A stretch of DNA of 64,000 bases from Hyphochytrium catenoides. Lineage: Eukaryota > Protista > Hyphochytriomycota. The stretch's first letter is position 1, and every line of letters begins with the position of its first letter. This document shows, one piece after another, positions 32,903 to 46,300 of the stretch. A model generated the notes under the pieces. It did not search any database and was not told where the DNA came from. It saw only the letters and a list, made by a program, of their open reading frames with translations. The stretch spans positions 9,024 through 73,023 of the forward strand of contig FLMG01002858.1 of assembly GCA_900088475.1 (NCBI GenBank). The letters run 5' to 3'. Both the position numbers and the translations under genes were made by a program.

Positions 32903-33487
32903 CTAGGCTACTACTGTCTTTACAGGGATCCGAATCTCAGTGACGAGCTCCTCTTGGGGAGTGTCAGTGCATGAGTTATGATAGAAATCATAGGAGAAGC
33001 GTCCAAAATCCGGGGTCCTCATCTTCCCATCGGGCCCCAGTGTGCTTCCTATCAGGCTATACGCGGTTGGCCAGGCATTCTTCAGCTGAGAGTATGGGCC
33101 TCGGACAGTATAGATTGCATACTCTCCTGGCTCGGCATGATATAGACGGAGGAGCCTCTCACCATGTCCTTCAGGATAAGTCTCTTTTGGGTTGTCAGAG
33201 GATGCTAGAGCCTCCTTCACTCTGGCAAGGTCAGCGTTTGGTCCTAGCTTAACGGCGGGATCGGCATAGTGCGGCTGTTCTTTTGGGTCTTGTGTATAAA
33301 TGTATGCACAGCCTTGTGTCTCTGGCACGACCATTTCCAAGAGATTGAGCTTCTGCAAAAACTCAAAAAGCTTAGGGTATGACTGTTCCGCTGCCTTGCC
33401 AAAGTCCATGTCGACGATTTGCACATGGGCGCCGATAGAATTAAACGCTGGCAGCTGCTTGAACTCGATCGCCATTGCACTGGTCAT
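32903..33487 (-). CDS. GyrI-like small-molecule-binding domain protein (intronless), paralog 2
   Basis: 194-aa ORF with PGEYAIYTVRGPYSQLKNAW and YDFYHNSCTDTPQEELVTEIRIPVK; aligns end to end with paralog 1. Confidence 0.85.
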   Translation of the reverse strand: MTSAMAIEFKQLPAFNSIGAHVQIVDMDFGKAAEQSYPKLFEFLQKLNLLEMVVPETQGCAYIYTQDPKEQPHYADPAVKLGPNADLARVKEALASSDNPKETYPEGHGERLLRLYHAEPGEYAIYTVRGPYSQLKNAWPTAYSLIGSTLGPDGKMRTPDFGRFSYDFYHNSCTDTPQEELVTEIRIPVKTVVA

Positions 33488-36174
33488 TCTTTTTCGTCGT
33501 CGATAAAAGAGAAGTAGTAGGCGGAAAGCGCGTCTTGGTTTGGCAAGGTGCGAGCGGCTATTTTAAGCTTAGTGTCTGTGGAGGAGGAAGCTGATTGACA
33601 AGTGGCAAGTTGCAAGCAGTAGGTAGTACGAGAGATACCCATCCAGGATGATGACTGGCAGTAGCAGCCAGTTCTCCTGAGGGAAGAAGACCAAGAACTA
33701 ATGAGGAAAGACGATGGAGAGGGAAGAAAGAGAGAGGAAGAAGATCGTGCTACAACGTACTGCGCAGTTGTTGTTATCCTCATGACCCACCGTCCTGACA
33801 ACAGAGAGATGATGCCTCGTCATCTTTTATTTCACTAATGAGACCGGCTCGATTCGGAACAAAATGCATGACTATCCCTTTTATCATTGATATTGATCAG
33901 AACCAAGATCTTTGTAGAGCGGTTGGCGGGATGTCGCTGGCACCTCATCATCGCGCCTTTCTCATTCTTCTTCTGACGATTCATTATTCCCCTTTCTTCT
34001 TCTTTATTACCGGGGTTGACACGGCCACTCATAGTAAGTGGAAGGCACTTCTTCGTCCCTCATACTGACTTCTTGGCATCACTGCTGCTGATAACAGAGG
34101 TTGGGCCTTAGGAATAAAGCTGCATAGGAAGTAAATCAAGAGCAGCGTTACTTGTCTTCTCTGGTGGTGCAATGGATGAGAGACGTGCTGGATCATCTGA
34201 TCTTCTTTGTTCTCCAGGCTGCCTTTAACTACTTGGGGAGAGCGTGGCTACTTTGCTGGAAGGAGGAGTGGCTTGTGCTTGCGGCTTAAAGCGCCCATCG
34301 CATATGCTGGTCCACTCCTTCACCACTCTGTGGCATGCTGCTCAATAACAGTCCTTCCTTCTGCTCTACTTATCTATGCTATTACTGCGTATAGCTCATC
34401 AGACTTTTCCCTCTACTTCTCGCTCCTAGCTTATCCCCTTATATTCCTGAAGGCTCCGTATTGGCCTTTACTCCTCGCCCCTAGTAAAAGCGTAACACCT
34501 TCCTGAAGACAACAGCGTGGTGTGCACAAAGAGGGAGGATGCCCAGTGCGAGCGAGAGGTCTAGTAAAGGTGCAGTAGTTGTGACGTGGTGAGAAACGCA
34601 TTACTCATGATGCTTCTTTACTTATCTCGACTTACTATTCCTTCTAAGGTCAGGTTGACCGGCCAGTCAAATTCTTATCTTTGGGAATGACAAATGGTGG
34701 AGACATACCTCCAATAACTATCATCGTAGTAGGCCTCATCATCATCATGTCCCTCGTTGCCACGTAGAGTAGACTAATGACGAAGGGTTCTCAATTTCAA
34801 CAATCAAGGCCGTAGCTCTCTATGAAAAGCTGTCAAACGAAGCTATGCAGGCTCTCCTCCAATCGACCGTGAACTCGTGTCCTCCTGTGGGTGAACACTT
34901 TTTGCTTTGTTCAAAGTCAGCTCTAACGCCCTTTTTACGTTCTGGTATGAGGTCGAGCGGGGTCGTGTAAGTCTTCTCGGACTGCGAAAAATTCCTAAGC
35001 ACAATTATCCTGTCCCGTCTCGACGATATGATGAGAGTGGTCCCATCCATCAAGGACTATGCGAATAAAGTGAGTAGTGACGCGTCTTTGCCGACAAGAG
35101 CCCAGATAGAAGAGAAGAGGTCTACTACTCACAACAGATCATATTCATCATCAGATCACCTACTACTGCTACTACCCTTTCGGCAGCAGACGGTGGATCA
35201 TTCTTCCTGATTTGCTTACTTCAACAATAGATTGCTTGTTCTTTTAATCCCCAAACACTCAGGAGGTCTCCTGATGTCAGCGTCGAGCGCTAGTAGTACG
35301 AGGTTGTTAGTTGCTTCCCCTCAAATATCTCACGATGGTTCTTTATCCTGTGGCCTTAGCTCAGATTTCTTAATATTTGCCTGTGGTAGCACAAATAACG
35401 CTTGAGCCGCTCTTTTGCAGCCCTGGTCCAGTTGTTGTCGTCGTGCTAGGCCATGACATTATTCACTGCATGCAATCCGATTATTATTGTTGAGTAGTAC
35501 TAGGAGGTGCATGCTGGCACCATCTTCATCCTTCCGATGGCGGCGGCAGTCATCATCACTGCTCCACATGGCTAGTAGTTACCCTTACTTTAACTAGCTA
35601 CATCATCTGCTGCTGCAATTACAGGTTTAAGGAGGATCAAGAAGCAAGTAGGCACCACGACGGACGAAGTAAAGAAAAGAGCGCCGAATGTGGTGATGGT
35701 ACAAGCATGAGAAGACGGAGCGGCGTGATGATAGATATGATGATAGCTACAAGGAAGGCGGCTTATCGTGGGAGTGAGGCAGCCGTCAGATTGGGATGGG
35801 CGGCGGTGATGGTGCGAAGATCTGACTGTGTCTGCTCTGTTACACGACTTTTCATCACTGATAACAACAACAGTAATCTTTCGTCTTCAAGAACTAAACA
35901 TACAGTAACTTACTCTGGGACGGACGCTTTTTATTTTTCACAGACCCTGTACCCTTCTGGTATCCGTCGCATTTATGACGAATCCGCAATCAGCATCAAC
36001 ACATGTTCGGATTTTGTACTCCACTAGATAGATAAGGAATATGTGGCGTATATTCCGGAATCGTTGGATTGTCTCTGTGGCTGTGGGGCAGTGTGGGTGG
36101 TCGGGTCGCCTGCCCCACAGCAACACGTTTGAAGCCTTCCTGAGATGCTTCCTCAGTAAATGACAGAAAGATCT

Positions 36175-36275
36175 CGTCTCTCTCTCCCTCTCTCTCTCTC
36201 TCTTTCTCTCTCTGTCTTCTGGTCCTCTGACAGTGTCCCCTCTCCCACAAGCAGGGGCCACTCTTTCTCTCTCTT

Positions 36276-36346
<71 letters not shown>

Positions 36347-36475
36347 CGCTCTCTCTCGCTCGCTCTCTCTCTCCTCTCGCTCTCTCTCTCGCTCTCTCTT
36401 TCCCTCTCTCGCTCTCTCCCTCTCTCGCTCTCTCTCTCGCTTACTCTCTTGCTCTCGCTTGCTCCCTCGCTCTCC
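36175..36475. repeat. (CT)n microsatellite, compound
   Basis: Long CT/CTCG run. Confidence 0.9.
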
Positions 36476-36914
36476 CAACTTCTGCCCTACTCCGTGGTTA
36501 AGGTAAAGGTATGTCTCCTTATTCCTGTGCCTTGAATGTACCTTGTTACCTGTCCGAGGCAGGGGGTCAGGTTGTGCCAGTTCCGGTCCGATCTTCTCTC
36601 AGGTGAAGCTGCGCGTCTAAAGAGAGAAGCTTGAGATCTCTTTCTCTTGACCGAAGTGATCGTCAAGCTCAGACAGCTTTTGTGGCTTCTTCTGACCGGA
36701 ACAGGAGACGGAAAGAGCGCAGGGTCTCTCCATGCTCCTGGTGTCAACAGCCTAGAGGCTAACGAACAAAAGAACCAAAGACTACGAAGGTTTTGCCGCA
36801 CCCGAAGCTCGACCAAAGCCGTAGACAGCTTAAGTTCCAGAAAATCTGTCAAACTCTCCACGGCCGTCAGCGGCAGTAGCGGTTTTTGGTTCCGAAGATT
36901 CTGCTGCTGCCGCT

Positions 36915-38260
36915 ATGAAGATCAGTCAAGAAAGCCATGGGCTCTTACTCCGCAAACCCCTCTCCGGAAGAATTTACCTTCTTTCAGAGAAGCTTCCCGA
37001 GAAGGCAACGAAGTTAAAGATGCTTCTTGGCCAAATTGGAGAAGAGGTGCGGAGACTGGAGCTCTCACAACGGGTGGAAGATCAGAGAGGCCAACTAGGG
37101 ACAGGAAGTTGCTTCTCTGGTCACACCGACGAGCTAATTGGCTCACTTGCGCAGAAGGTGGTGCGAGAAGTGTCACGTTTACAAGGCTTGTCTTGTGAAG
37201 AGAAAGCCCTGATTCCAGCGAGCGAGTTAGATCGCCTCATCGGTACGGTCCACTCCCAGGCTCTTGTCCTAACCGAACTGAAGCACCGGTCAGAGGCCCT
37301 GTATACGCTACTACTACTCCAGCCGTCACAGCCAAAGTCTGCAGGAGGAGCAAAGGATACAGAAAGTGATAACGATGCTCATTCCTTTGAACAAGTCGAC
37401 ACTTTCTCTGAGCCTTCCCTCCTAAATTTATCCACAGCCAGTGAACAGATGGAGATGGACTCAGACTTTGGTGATCTTATACTTCTGCCAAAGACTGAAC
37501 TTCAGGCTGGACGAACAGTGGGTCAACCTTTGAATGAGGAAGGAGTAGAGAAGGCGGTCGAAAAAGTTATTATTCGCAACTTAACCAGTCAGGTCCACTA
37601 TCTCCGGCAGCAGCTAGAAGTCTGTCAACTCGCCCCTGAGAGCCGAGATCAGGAGACCAGCACAGACGACCTTGGAGCAACTGAGCCAAGAGAGACATCC
37701 CTTATGGGTGTGGATGCTGAAAATGAGGTAGATCTTTCTTCTTTATAGATCCAACTCTTGGCATTTCGCTCTATGGGTCACTGAACAGTCAAGGTTTTTG
37801 ACGCTGAGCGCAAATGATATCTGTTTGGCCTTGCCTTCTACGTTACAATCCTCTCTCTCTTGATTAACCTCGGCATAGTTATCTCCTGTCCCTTAGCTCC
37901 TATCTCCTTTCTTACTTATTCCTGGCGACCGCGACTTTCCTTACACTCTCTTCCACTAGAAAAACGCAACTTCAGAGACCACAGATGTACAACCATTGGG
38001 GTCGTCGTCCTATATAGAGGTGAATCCTTCAATGCTAGAGGATCGCGTTGAGGGTAGAGGAGGCGAAGAGACTACAAGCCAAAGGCTGAAGGACAAAGCT
38101 CAACTAAGTGATGAGATAGAAAGACTCTCACGGGTCATCGCTGAACTAGAAATGAAGAGGTCAGATGATGAGTATGAGCTGTATGTGCTGAGAGACAGGC
38201 TGTCGGCAGAGCAGAGCAAGAGCCAGAGCCTGGAGGATGAGCTCTATAGATTTCTCGAGA
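36915..38260 (+). CDS. Hypothetical coiled-coil protein (at least 2 exons; ends uncertain)
   Basis: 277-aa ORF ending near a GAG|GTAGAT donor (~37728), then a heptad-rich exon (~37960-38260: LSDEIERLSRVIAELEMKRSDDEYELYVLRDRLSAEQ) ending at ATG|GTAAG. Confidence 0.55.
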
Positions 38261-39170
38261 TGGTAAGAGGCATGAAAGGCACTCAGAGGCGGCACTTATC
38301 CGTGCGGAGAGCCGACTAGAGGGACTCACAGCGTTTCTTTATCAGCGTGCCGAGGAGGATACAAGGCACATAGAGCAAGAGGCAAAGAGATCAAAGTACT
38401 ACGACCTTGAGTGTGGTCTCTGTGATGTGTCACGTAGGTCACCCATTTAAGCCTTATCACCGCTGTATCTCTGCCTCTGGCTGAAACCTGCACTCCATGT
38501 CTTACAGGGACCTGCCATGGCCCACAAGACCTATACTTCTGGACCACTGACATCCGGTAAGCAGGGAATCACACTTATTTGGGCCAAAGAAGGCACTAAT
38601 GAGGTTAACCCTGCCTTCACCGCCATGTCATTACTGCTCTTTACAGAGTTCTCTCCCCGTGGGCACGCTCATGCATCCCTTCATCGTCATCCTTCTTGGT
38701 AACCCCGTTCCGCATGGCACTAATGTACTTATTCCTCATCCACGCGGGAGGCCTTTACTTCTTCTGCTCGAATTTGCGAATCATATGAGATTCGTCAGTA
38801 GAGTACCCTCGTTCTTGACCCAGAAGAAGGAGCTACTTATGTCTGGTCTGACAACTCATGGGAGGGATGGGAGCTTTTATGCAGTTCGAATAGCCCCACT
38901 CTTTCCACATCCTCTGAAGCGGTTGGCTCCTTCACTTAAGGGGTTGCCCCTTCTCCTCCTGTTAGATAATACCAACGAGGAGTGCTGAAGGAGCCTGTGA
39001 GACAGATAAGCCCTTATATTATTTAATGCTGATACCCCGGAACCTCCCAACTCCATAAGACATCTTACTTTGGCACTTATCGCACCGCACTCAAGCCCCT
39101 CCCATGTTCCTCATATATGAAAGCCTGAAATAAAGAGACCGTCTAGATATGACACCCGTCAGCTTCCCGT

Positions 39171-39273
39171 NNNNNNNNNNNNNNNNNNNNNNNNNNNNNN
39201 NNNNNNNNNNNNNNNNNNNNNNNNNNNNNNNNNNNNNNNNNNNNNNNNNNNNNNNNNNNNNNNNNNNNNNNNN
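39171..39273. other. Assembly gap (N run)
   Basis: 103 Ns. Confidence 1.
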
Positions 39274-42200
39274 TTCTCCTGCTTGACTTCTTCCGGGGCT
39301 CCCCGCGCGTTGGGCAGACGGGGTAGTTTCAGCTTCGCGATCGCTTTGAGGTTTATATTATCGATGGTCTCCGTTTGAACCTCCTTCATCAGCCCACTCT
39401 CTGCTTTCTTGCTTGAGGATCTAACGTTCAATCCTAGTATGCCACGCTTCTTAGGCGTCACGATAGGCAAATCTGAAGACTCCAGATCGATCTCTAGCAG
39501 ATCTTCTTCTGCATCTTCATCCTCTAGACGAAAGCTCGGCTTCCGGGGCTGTGGCGCTCCTCTCAACCGTGGGGTTAAGTCTTCCCTGAGACCTGAGAGG
39601 TTGTACTTTTCATAAAACGCGAATAGGAAGCCAATGAGATCCTCTCGCTTGACGCAGCCGATGAAGGTCATCGCCACCTTGTCGTCCACAATTGGAATGT
39701 GGCTAAGATGTGTCGTAGAGAGAAATCGGACTATCTCTGCATATGTGGTCGTCCTAGGTAATACGTCTAATTTACCAATCATAAGGTCCTTGGCCATACT
39801 TTGATGCTGAGAGTCGAAGCGCAGCTTGGGAAGGTAAGGCAACCCCTTACGCATCAAGATCTGGTCGTAGACAGAGTGGCTGATGGTCTGAGCGACAGCC
39901 ATGGAGACAACCGTACCCACCAAGGCCGGGAGGACGAAACGCAGCTGGCCCGTCAACTCCATGGCAATCACTTCGGGAAGAGACGACAAAGAGGCAGGAG
40001 AGAGGAGGTCAACGAGGAGTAGGAGAGCCAAAGTGGTCGTGGTTAGCGTAGGCACCTTCCTATCATAACGAGGGTGGAGTAAGGAGAAAAGCCGCTTCAA
40101 GACCCTAAACATTCCCTCAAATAGCAGAAAGACCAACGAAAGGGACATCGAGAGTGCGCCAACGCAGACAAAAGCAAAGGAAGCCCTAAAGGTTGCAACA
40201 GACAGCAGCAAAGAGAGAAGGAGCAAAGACCGTCGTAGCATACCTGCTGAGGAAAATGCATGGGTCACTGAGCCCAGCATGGCCGATGCTCCCACAACGG
40301 CGTAGCCTCCAGGCAAGATGCCTGCCGTCGGGAATAGCAGACTGATGACCTCCCCAAAGAGGCGTCCCCAGAGAGCGCCCGTTACAAAGTTGGGGAGAAA
40401 GTCTCCCGCTGGAATAGGAAGAGTGACGGACAGTGCGGTTGCAAGGGTTCTTACCACTATTGCTCCGGCCAGCGTTTGTAAGACCCCATTCTGAGATTTC
40501 CCCCAAATGTCCGGAAGCCCGCTCCCGCTAAGTAGTTGGTTTATCGTCTCTTCAAACGAGATCTGCATGTGGGGACCAGGCAGAAACAGGAGAGACGCTA
40601 CCACGATGGATATAAAGAGCGGCCAAAGGAGGGGGAACCGATGAAGAATGTGATACTGCAAAGTCCGAGCTTTATCAGCGAAGTAAATGTAGAATGGGCC
40701 AAAGAAACCGAGGACCAAACCCAAAAGGGCAAAGCTGATGAGCTCAATGTTGTTGAAGGAGCTGCTGGGAAAGTTGGTGGGATAGAGTGTTCGGAAGCTG
40801 TCTGCTTCCGCTCTGTGGAGGCTTGCATATAGTTGGGAGACCACTGCTCCCGTGACCGCGGCGAAGAATCCCTTATAATAGTTCTAGATTGGCAAAGCAG
40901 CACCAGAAGACAAATGATGGTGTAAGGAAGGCAAACTGGACAGAGAGGTAAAACGAGGTAGTTCCACGTACCGAGACGAGGTAGAAGGTGCTAGTGACTT
41001 CTATGGAAAACAAGACACCGCCAATCGGAGCCTTGAATGCTGAAGAGACCCCAACAGCGCAAGCCGCAATGTAGACCTGTCGCCTAAGTGTCTCGCTTTC
41101 ATATAACGTCTTAAAGTAGGCAAGCTTCTTCATCAGCTGGTGTGCGATAACGTTTGATATGTGGACGAACGGGCCTTCTCTTCCTACGGAGAGACCAGCT
41201 CCTAATGCGAGGACTAGTCCTATTGCCTTCGCAAAGAAAGTCCGTCTGCTAAGGTATCTCTCTGGCTCGCGGCGGACATCTCCAGAGAGGATGGCTTTCA
41301 TCTCAGGAATACCCGATCCAGCTTTATCGGTACCAGACAAAGCGTTAAAGCGGAGGGCGTAGTAGAAGGGTGATATGTGAGACCACGCAGCTTAAACAAG
41401 TTTGGGACATTAAAAAGAACTATTCATTGACGAGACCCATACAGAGAAGCCCACTGTCCCTCTATTTCTCACCTGCCATGGGGTCAATGAGATGAGTCCA
41501 CGCTACAGAGAGCCAACCGACCATCGCAGTGAAGAAGACAAATATAAGATAGCCATAGCCTGTGTATCCTTCAAGGCTCAGAAGGTAGCTCTTTGCTTGT
41601 AGCAGGAGGCTGATCACGTGGTTCGCAAAGTAATCCAGGGTTGCCACTGAGACGGGAGAGCACAGGCAGATAAACAGGAGACGTGAGGAGGAAAAAGAGG
41701 ACAAAGTGGAACATTGGACACTTAGCGGCATGCGGGGAAACAGTAGAAGTAAAGCTAGTACCTCCAAAGCCCAGGAGAAGAAGACAAAGCGTGGTCCGAC
41801 TCTGCCTCTTGCAGATCGTACTAAAACTTCTCAACGTCAGAACGGGCGGCGCCATGCCAAAGACATTGTCCCAGATATCCTGCTGCTGACTGCTTTCCTT
41901 CTATTGCCAATGTAGCGCAAGAGCAACCGATAAGTAGAAGAACAACGGTAGCCAACTGCTACATATATCGCGCCCATAAGAATAAGGGCGATGGGAGCAG
42001 GACCCCTTGAAGCAAGACAGAAGAGTGACGATTGAGGCTATGCGGTCATGGTAACGTACCTCGGTAGCAATATCTATGGCCATCCTCTTAGCCTCCTTAG
42101 CCAAATCTAACCGATAGCCGCCATAAAGTGTCCTATGATGCTCCTGCTTCTTCTCTTTCTCACTCTCGTTGGCTTTGAGAGAATGGATTGAGCTCATAAA

Positions 42201-42655
42201 AGCAATTATATCGTCATTTTGACCAACAGTGCCTGCATGTGCCAAGAGTGCTTTAGCCTTCCTGGTTGATGAGAAGTGTCTTCCTTCCTCTCCTCCATTC
42301 GTCAAAGTACGAGTTCTTCGATTTCTTCCAAGCCCGACATCTATGCCCCTATTCACTTACTTGACGGCTTCTTATCTGTGTCCGTCTCTTCCTCCTCCTC
42401 GAGCACCGTTGCATACTTCGGCTTCCCTCTAGTACTGGCTTGTCGTGGCGTCACTCTAGGTGAGAGAGCAGAGGGCTGCAGACGTGGCGGTAGCTGCAGC
42501 GCCGGCTTAAATTTGTTTGGCTCCTGCTTGGTGGCTGCCTTGGGTGTGCCCGTCTGTGCTATGGCAGGAGAGGAGGCATCTAGGATATCTACGTTGATGC
42601 GACCTAGATCCTCACTATCAAGATCCGAAGTAGCGGCCTGATTGGCGCTCATCAT
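39274..42655 (-). CDS. CLC chloride channel with CBS domain; C-terminus interrupted by assembly gap
   Basis: GSGIPEMKAIL, GREGPFVH, APIGGVLFSIEVTSTFY, NYYKGFFAA, PAGDFLPNFVTGA, PGGYAVVGA, SSAVIAMELTGQ, SVYDQILMRKGLPYLP, CBS1 (HIPIVDDKVAMTFIGCVKR). Confidence 0.93.
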
Positions 42656-43209
42656 TGGCAGGCGATAAGGTGTAAATACCCGTTATCGGAGGCTGTGGGG
42701 AAACAAGGACTGAGCTGCTCTGGCCAGTGCTCGAAGGGTCAAGGTAGAATATCGGTGAAGAGCTCAATAGATAAAGAAAGACGCTATAATGAATGCCTGG
42801 AAGAGCGAAGTAGTACGTATCAAGGGAACGCTAGTAGAGGAGCTTTTGGTTTATCCATGACAGAGTAAGGCAGGATTGCGTAGATGGAGATCCTCTTCTT
42901 ATAAGCAGAGATGAAAAGCAGCGGCCACTGGCAAGAGGCACTTTATGGTCTCCTGGGCTGCATGATCGTCTCGTCTGTTGCACCTGTAGCCGGTCATGCA
43001 GTGGATTGACGAGGACATAAGATCAAGAGCCAGCAAGAGTGGGAACTGTTGGGCAGTAGGGGTCCTTTGAAGATGGTCGACAAAGGCGAGACAAGCTACA
43101 GAGATAAAGGGGAACAAGAGAGAAGACAAATACGAGGAGGGAGAACAGAGATGAAGAGAGAGCAAGAAAGATGTATAGGCGAAGCGAGCGAGTCGGATAC
43201 CAAAGAACG

Positions 43210-43380
43210 AAGAGAGAGAGAGAGACAGAGACAGACAGACAGACAGACAGACAGAGAGAGAGCATGAGAGAGCAAGCGAACGAGGAGGGAGAGAACGAGC
43301 GTGCGCGAGAGAGGGGAGGAGCCAGAGAGCGAGACGTAGAAGCAAAGGCAGGGACAAGGGAAAGAGAGAGAGAGAGAGGT
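43210..43380. repeat. (GA)n/(GACA)n microsatellite region
   Basis: GAGA/GACAGACA runs. Confidence 0.8.
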
Positions 43381-46300
43381 CAATGCGAATGCTGGGTGTG
43401 GCAGGTACCGTTGGGGAGGCCAGCGGCCTGGCCTGGGCCTCTGGCCTCAAGGTCCTCCTCCTCCTCCTCCAGCAGCAGCAGCAGCAGCAGCAGCACCAAG
43501 CCTTGTCCCTTCGGCAGTTTGGAAACCGCCTTGAGAGCCGGTACCCGCTACTATTAGAACGGCTAACGGATGAATTATTGAGGGAGGTCCTCTCTAGCGG
43601 GTAACGGTATTTTTATTGCTGACCAGTTTCCTTCTTCTTGGCGGTTGTTCCAATAGTTTGGATGATGATGATGATGAATCATTGAATAATAGCCCACGCT
43701 CCTCCTCACGGACGGGATCCATCGGCGTCCCACCACTCTTCCTCTGTACGATACCCTGCTGACTGTCCTCGTTGGCAACGCAGATTCCTCCTTCGAATCG
43801 ACTAGAGGTCATGAGAAGGTTATCTATAAGAGTTTGCCTTTAGATATAAGGCGGCAAGTGAGACGATAACCCGGTGGCGCCGTTTGAGTTTAATTCTTTC
43901 AAGCATCTTTCCCGTCTCTCGACGTCATACCCCTAACATTATCTTAGAAAAAAAGTAGATTATTGATTCAGCAGGCACTTCACTACTTATTATGCATTCA
44001 TTTGCCCGAAGAAACATCTTGTTGTTGGGCTCATGTGAAAGTCTTCCTTGCTTCATACAGCTTGCTTCTCTGCAATGGATCCAGGTCAGCCAAGGTAAAG
44101 ACAAAGGTAACAACCCCACTCCCCCTTCCCAGATAGGGTACATTGGAAGCCGCTAGTGGATTTTGCCACTAAAAATATCAGACTGGCGTAGTGCTCTTAA
44201 AGTTTGTCATGTGCCAGGATAATGAAGCGGTGAGATTGACGTGCTTTGAGCGCTGTTAATAGCACCATCGTCGTGTTGTCGGAAGCAATGTCCCCATCAG
44301 TTTTAGCAAGCGGTGCCTGGAGTCATCCACCACTATAGGATTATCTTAACAATGAGGAGAAGATGGAAAGAAGAGTCGTGATGGTGGATAGTCTCTTACT
44401 AAACGAGATAGTAGCAACACTCCTCATAGTGACCGACGATGCAGTTAAGCGTTAGGGAGATCTTCTAAAGCCTCAGAACGTGCTGAGTATGAGGCACAGG
44501 GACAAGGAGGTCAACATGAAGTGACCGACTCTATTCGACACCAGTTCAAGAGATAGGAGGTGCTCGCAGGACAGGTAGTAATAGGAAGGACCATCGTGCG
44601 ATGGCTGGTTCGGGTCGCCGGCCCTTCTTGTTAAGTGTCATCTTGCTGTGGACCGGAAAAGCTTGCACGTGAGGCTAACCTTCTGCAAGTGTGTGAGGCC
44701 TAGTGTAAGGAGACCTCTGAAAGAGAATGGAGAACGCAGGGAACGCTGCTGCAATGGACTACCAACATAATCGCGCGTATTATGAGACTATGAAAGGAAG
44801 TATTATTAGCACCTTATAGTGGGCTACATGGATGAAGAGGAGGAGAAGGAAGGGCTTCGTAATAACTGAAGGAGCGTCAGTCATCGCTATCGTTCTGCTG
44901 CTGCGGCTGTCCCCTGGCTGGGCTGTCGTCAGTTAGAATACTCTGTAACTTCCTTCTCTTGCCTGCTCTATAATCTCTCAGGTCGTAGTAAGAGCTCTCA
45001 CACACAGCAAAAGAATCAGATTAGGCTACGCAGCAGGGGATGTGTACATACATCGCAGCCTTCTTTATGCCCAGGCTGATCCCCCAACCCACAACCATGT
45101 CATCGCTGTGCTAATGAGAAGTGCCAAAGGAAGTGAGAAGTGACGCCTCAACTCTTCTTAACGGTTGCCGCCTCTTCTTGATGGCGTCTCCTCCCTCTCC
45201 TCTAGGCTCATCTATTTCCCGCGCCGTCGCCACCTGTCTGATTCATCCCCAGGGCCCCATCTCGCTCCATACGCTCTTCCTCGTTCCTCTTGCTTCCCCG
45301 TAATACTGCACGAAGCATCCTCAAACTTCTGACCCTTGAAAGTGATTAGGCGTTACTGTTCAAGAGTGGTTTCGACTCCTGTCCTCATGTGATTGACGTG
45401 ACGTGACGGGACAGTATCCTGTGCTCTCTGTGAGTCCAGTAACCTCCCTAATTCTCTTAGGTACCCATCTGGTGTGCAAAACGGACGCCATGGCAGCTCG
45501 AATCAGTGTGGCAGTGAAGGAAGACGCTATACAGTAGATTGTAGGAGAGAGGCACAACAGAAAGCAGCGTAAAAGTACTGAGAGGAAAATCGGGGAGGGG
45601 AAAGCGACGGAAGTAGTAATAATAAGAGTCAATCTCTGTTTTGTTTCTTCTGGGGATGGGAACGCCTTCTTTTCGCTTAGAGAAGTGACGATATTGTTAG
45701 AGCTCTATAGAAATACCAAAGGAGAGTTGCCAGGCGAAAGCACTCTCCTTCCTCTTGGTTCTCTTTCTTTCTTTCATTTCTTATGATTAGTGGTTGAAGT
45801 TGCATCTTCCTCTTGATGAGGGCAGGGCGTCCTTTAAATATGACAGGCTTCTGGAGAGGACGAGATGGGGAGAAAAAACGGGCGATGAGAAAGGTAAGGC
45901 GATGGAACCAGTTCTGAGCAAGAAGGAGTACCACCTCCTAGAGAAGAGGTAGTAGATCTCTAGATGAAGAAAACGACAATAGCAATGACAACAGCAGGAA
46001 GGTGCTTTGTCATCTCTGCCTTGCGACTATTGGTACCGTCTCAGTCGTACTATTATGCCTCTCTCTGTCCTTGATCTCTTGTACGAACCCAACGGTTGTC
46101 ACTATTACTGCGCCATCGGAAAGCCTTGGCTGCGATTGGAGAGCGCGGACCGAAAGTGCAGCTTGGGCCTTGGAATCAGAGAGAGGAGACGCCTCATTTT
46201 CTTCGTCTTCTCAACTGTCTTTTCCCCTTTCCTCTTGCGCCACTCTTTTTCTCCACCTTTCCATAGGAAACTGGTGCTTCGAGTCGTGCCTCTTCACTCG

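Noticed and set aside
33500-36100. Short ORFs between the GyrI-like pair and the CT repeat
   Set aside because: No motifs, no consistent exon chain, low-complexity sequence.
43383-43604. polyL/polyQ ORF upstream of the CLC gene
   Set aside because: Short, starts at TTG (no ATG), derived from CTC/CAG triplet runs, no recognisable domain.
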